Below, piece after piece: positions 62,481 through 64,000 of a DNA stretch of 64,000 nt. A program made the translations under genes and the position numbers. Each line of letters opens with the position of its first letter. Position 1 is the first letter of the stretch. This DNA comes from Clostridia bacterium (GTDB lineage Bacteria > Bacillota > Clostridia > Acetivibrionales > STF1-152), in assembly GCA_028280575.1 (NCBI GenBank), contig JANQLN010000068.1, positions 19,580 to 83,579 of the forward strand. The letters are read 5' to 3'. The notes below the pieces were generated by a model that worked only from the letters and a program-made list of their open reading frames with translations, had not been told where the DNA came from and made no database searches.

Positions 62481-63965
62481 ATGTTAAAAGACGGCGTTAA
62501 CAGTCCGGACAAAAAACAATATAACAGGCCCAATATTTTATGGATATGCACCGACCAGCAAAGGTGTGACACATTGGGATGTTATGGGAATAAATATACA
62601 ATCACACCAAACATCGATAAGCTGGCAAAAACAGGTGTAATATTTGATAACTGCTTCTGTCAATGCCCGGTATGCTCACCAAGCCGTTCGAGCTTTCTTA
62701 CGGGCAGGTATCCCAGGACCACAAGATGCAGGCAGAATGGCCAGGCAATACCTCTAGATGAGAAAACTGTGACAGGAATACTTAATGAGTATGGATATAT
62801 ATGCGGTCTGTCCGGAAAGCTTCACCTGTCCCCATGCGCACCTTCCGCCTGCAAAGCAATGGAAAGACGCATAGATGACGGGTACTCAGAGTTTCACTGG
62901 TCACATAGTACCGATAACTTGTGGCCTACAAATGAGTATTTGCGGTTTCTAAAGCAAAAGGGCATAAGTTATACGACAAAAAAGCTGCAAGGATTTGATA
63001 CGGTGAATTATGGAATGGATGAAGAATATCACCAGACTACCTGGTGTGTGGATAAAGCAATTTCATTTATTGAAGCAAACCATGAAAGCAATACCAGATG
63101 GATGTTTTCCGTTAATATTTACGATCCGCATCATCCATTTGATCCTCCTAAAAAATATATTGACAGGTATTTAAAATCTTTAAATGAAATTCCCTTGCCA
63201 AATTATGTAAAGGGAGAGTTGTACAACAAACCCCGGGTTCAGACGGCCGACCACAGGGGGGCATACAACAGTCGAAATGTAAAATATAGTTATGACAGGA
63301 TGAGCGATTACGAACATAGGCTGATTAAAGCCTCGTACTGGGCTATGACCGACCTTATAGACAAGCAGGTGGGAAGACTTGTGGACATACTTGAAAGTAC
63401 GGAACAGCTTGATAATACAATTATTATTTTTTCTTCAGACCATGGAGAAATGCTGGGGGACCATGGGATATATTTAAAAGGACCATATTTTTATGACCCT
63501 CTTGTCAAGGTACCTTTAATCATTTCATGGCCGGGAAGCATTAAAAAAGCATTCAGGTCTAAGGCCCTTGTAGAGTTAATTGATATTGCTCCCACATTGC
63601 TTGAGGCCATTGACGAAAAACCCTATGAGGGGATGCAGGGCAAATCGTTCTGGAAGCATATAAATCTTGAAAAGAATGAGGCAGCACACAGGGACAGCGT
63701 TTACAGCGAGTATTATAATGCAATGCCGTTTCACAAGAAGCCTTCGGCTTATTCTACAATGGTTTTTGACGGAAGGTATAAGCTTGTAAAGATGCATGCA
63801 ACCAATGAAGGTGAATTGTACGACCTGCAGGAAGATAGGTATGAAACGGTAAACAGGTGGAGTGATGATTCATATAAAGATGTAAAAATAAATATGCTGG
63901 CTCTTATGTGTGACAGGATGTGTTGGACAATAGACCCTTTGCCTTTACGATTATCTGCATGGTAG
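62481..63965 (+). CDS. Cys-type sulfatase (S1 family)
   Basis: NILWICTDQ, CSPSRSSFLTGRYP (CxPxR), GKLH, SDHG. Confidence 0.93.
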   Translation: MLKDGVNSPDKKQYNRPNILWICTDQQRCDTLGCYGNKYTITPNIDKLAKTGVIFDNCFCQCPVCSPSRSSFLTGRYPRTTRCRQNGQAIPLDEKTVTGILNEYGYICGLSGKLHLSPCAPSACKAMERRIDDGYSEFHWSHSTDNLWPTNEYLRFLKQKGISYTTKKLQGFDTVNYGMDEEYHQTTWCVDKAISFIEANHESNTRWMFSVNIYDPHHPFDPPKKYIDRYLKSLNEIPLPNYVKGELYNKPRVQTADHRGAYNSRNVKYSYDRMSDYEHRLIKASYWAMTDLIDKQVGRLVDILESTEQLDNTIIIFSSDHGEMLGDHGIYLKGPYFYDPLVKVPLIISWPGSIKKAFRSKALVELIDIAPTLLEAIDEKPYEGMQGKSFWKHINLEKNEAAHRDSVYSEYYNAMPFHKKPSAYSTMVFDGRYKLVKMHATNEGELYDLQEDRYETVNRWSDDSYKDVKINMLALMCDRMCWTIDPLPLRLSAW

Positions 63966-63970
63966 GGATT

Positions 63971-63992
63971 AATATGATACCGGTATCATATT
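63971..63992. promoter_or_regulatory. Perfect 22-bp palindrome (LacI-type operator or hairpin)
   Basis: aatatgataccggtatcatatt is its own reverse complement. Confidence 0.5.
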
Positions 63993-64000
63993 CTAAAAAT

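Overview
Low-GC Bacillota (Clostridia-like) chromosomal segment; the lineage is inferred from gene content, aggagg RBSs and the tig-clpP-clpX block. Layout: (i) 1-25.1 kb is an accessory, pseudogene-rich carbohydrate and metabolism mosaic (IS3 relic, GH42, AraC, URO-D family, decayed C30-carotenoid locus, cupin/FGGY/GntR/ALDH regulon, AraC-controlled sugar ABC system). (ii) 25.1-35.5 kb is an AT-rich island divided by three relics of a REP-associated tyrosine transposase (RAYT)-like element with five copies of a 25-bp palindrome. It carries a HEPN/MNT toxin-antitoxin pair and an apparently uncharacterised RiPP gene cluster: HPr-kinase-like enzyme, S26 peptidase-nucleotidyltransferase fusion, an unannotated 40-aa Cys-rich precursor, a precursor-paralog/PqqD(RRE) fusion protein, a radical SAM/SPASM enzyme and two ABC exporters. 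(iii) 35.5-55.5 kb is mostly housekeeping (archaeal-type homocysteine synthesis trio, MCP, ECF sigma/anti-sigma, Crh-like HPr, uvrC, tig, clpP, clpX). (iv) 55.7-64 kb is a YesMN-type two-component system, a sugar ABC transporter and a sulfatase. The best candidate for a new system is the RiPP cluster at 26471-34599. All family assignments are by motif recognition only; no database searches were run.
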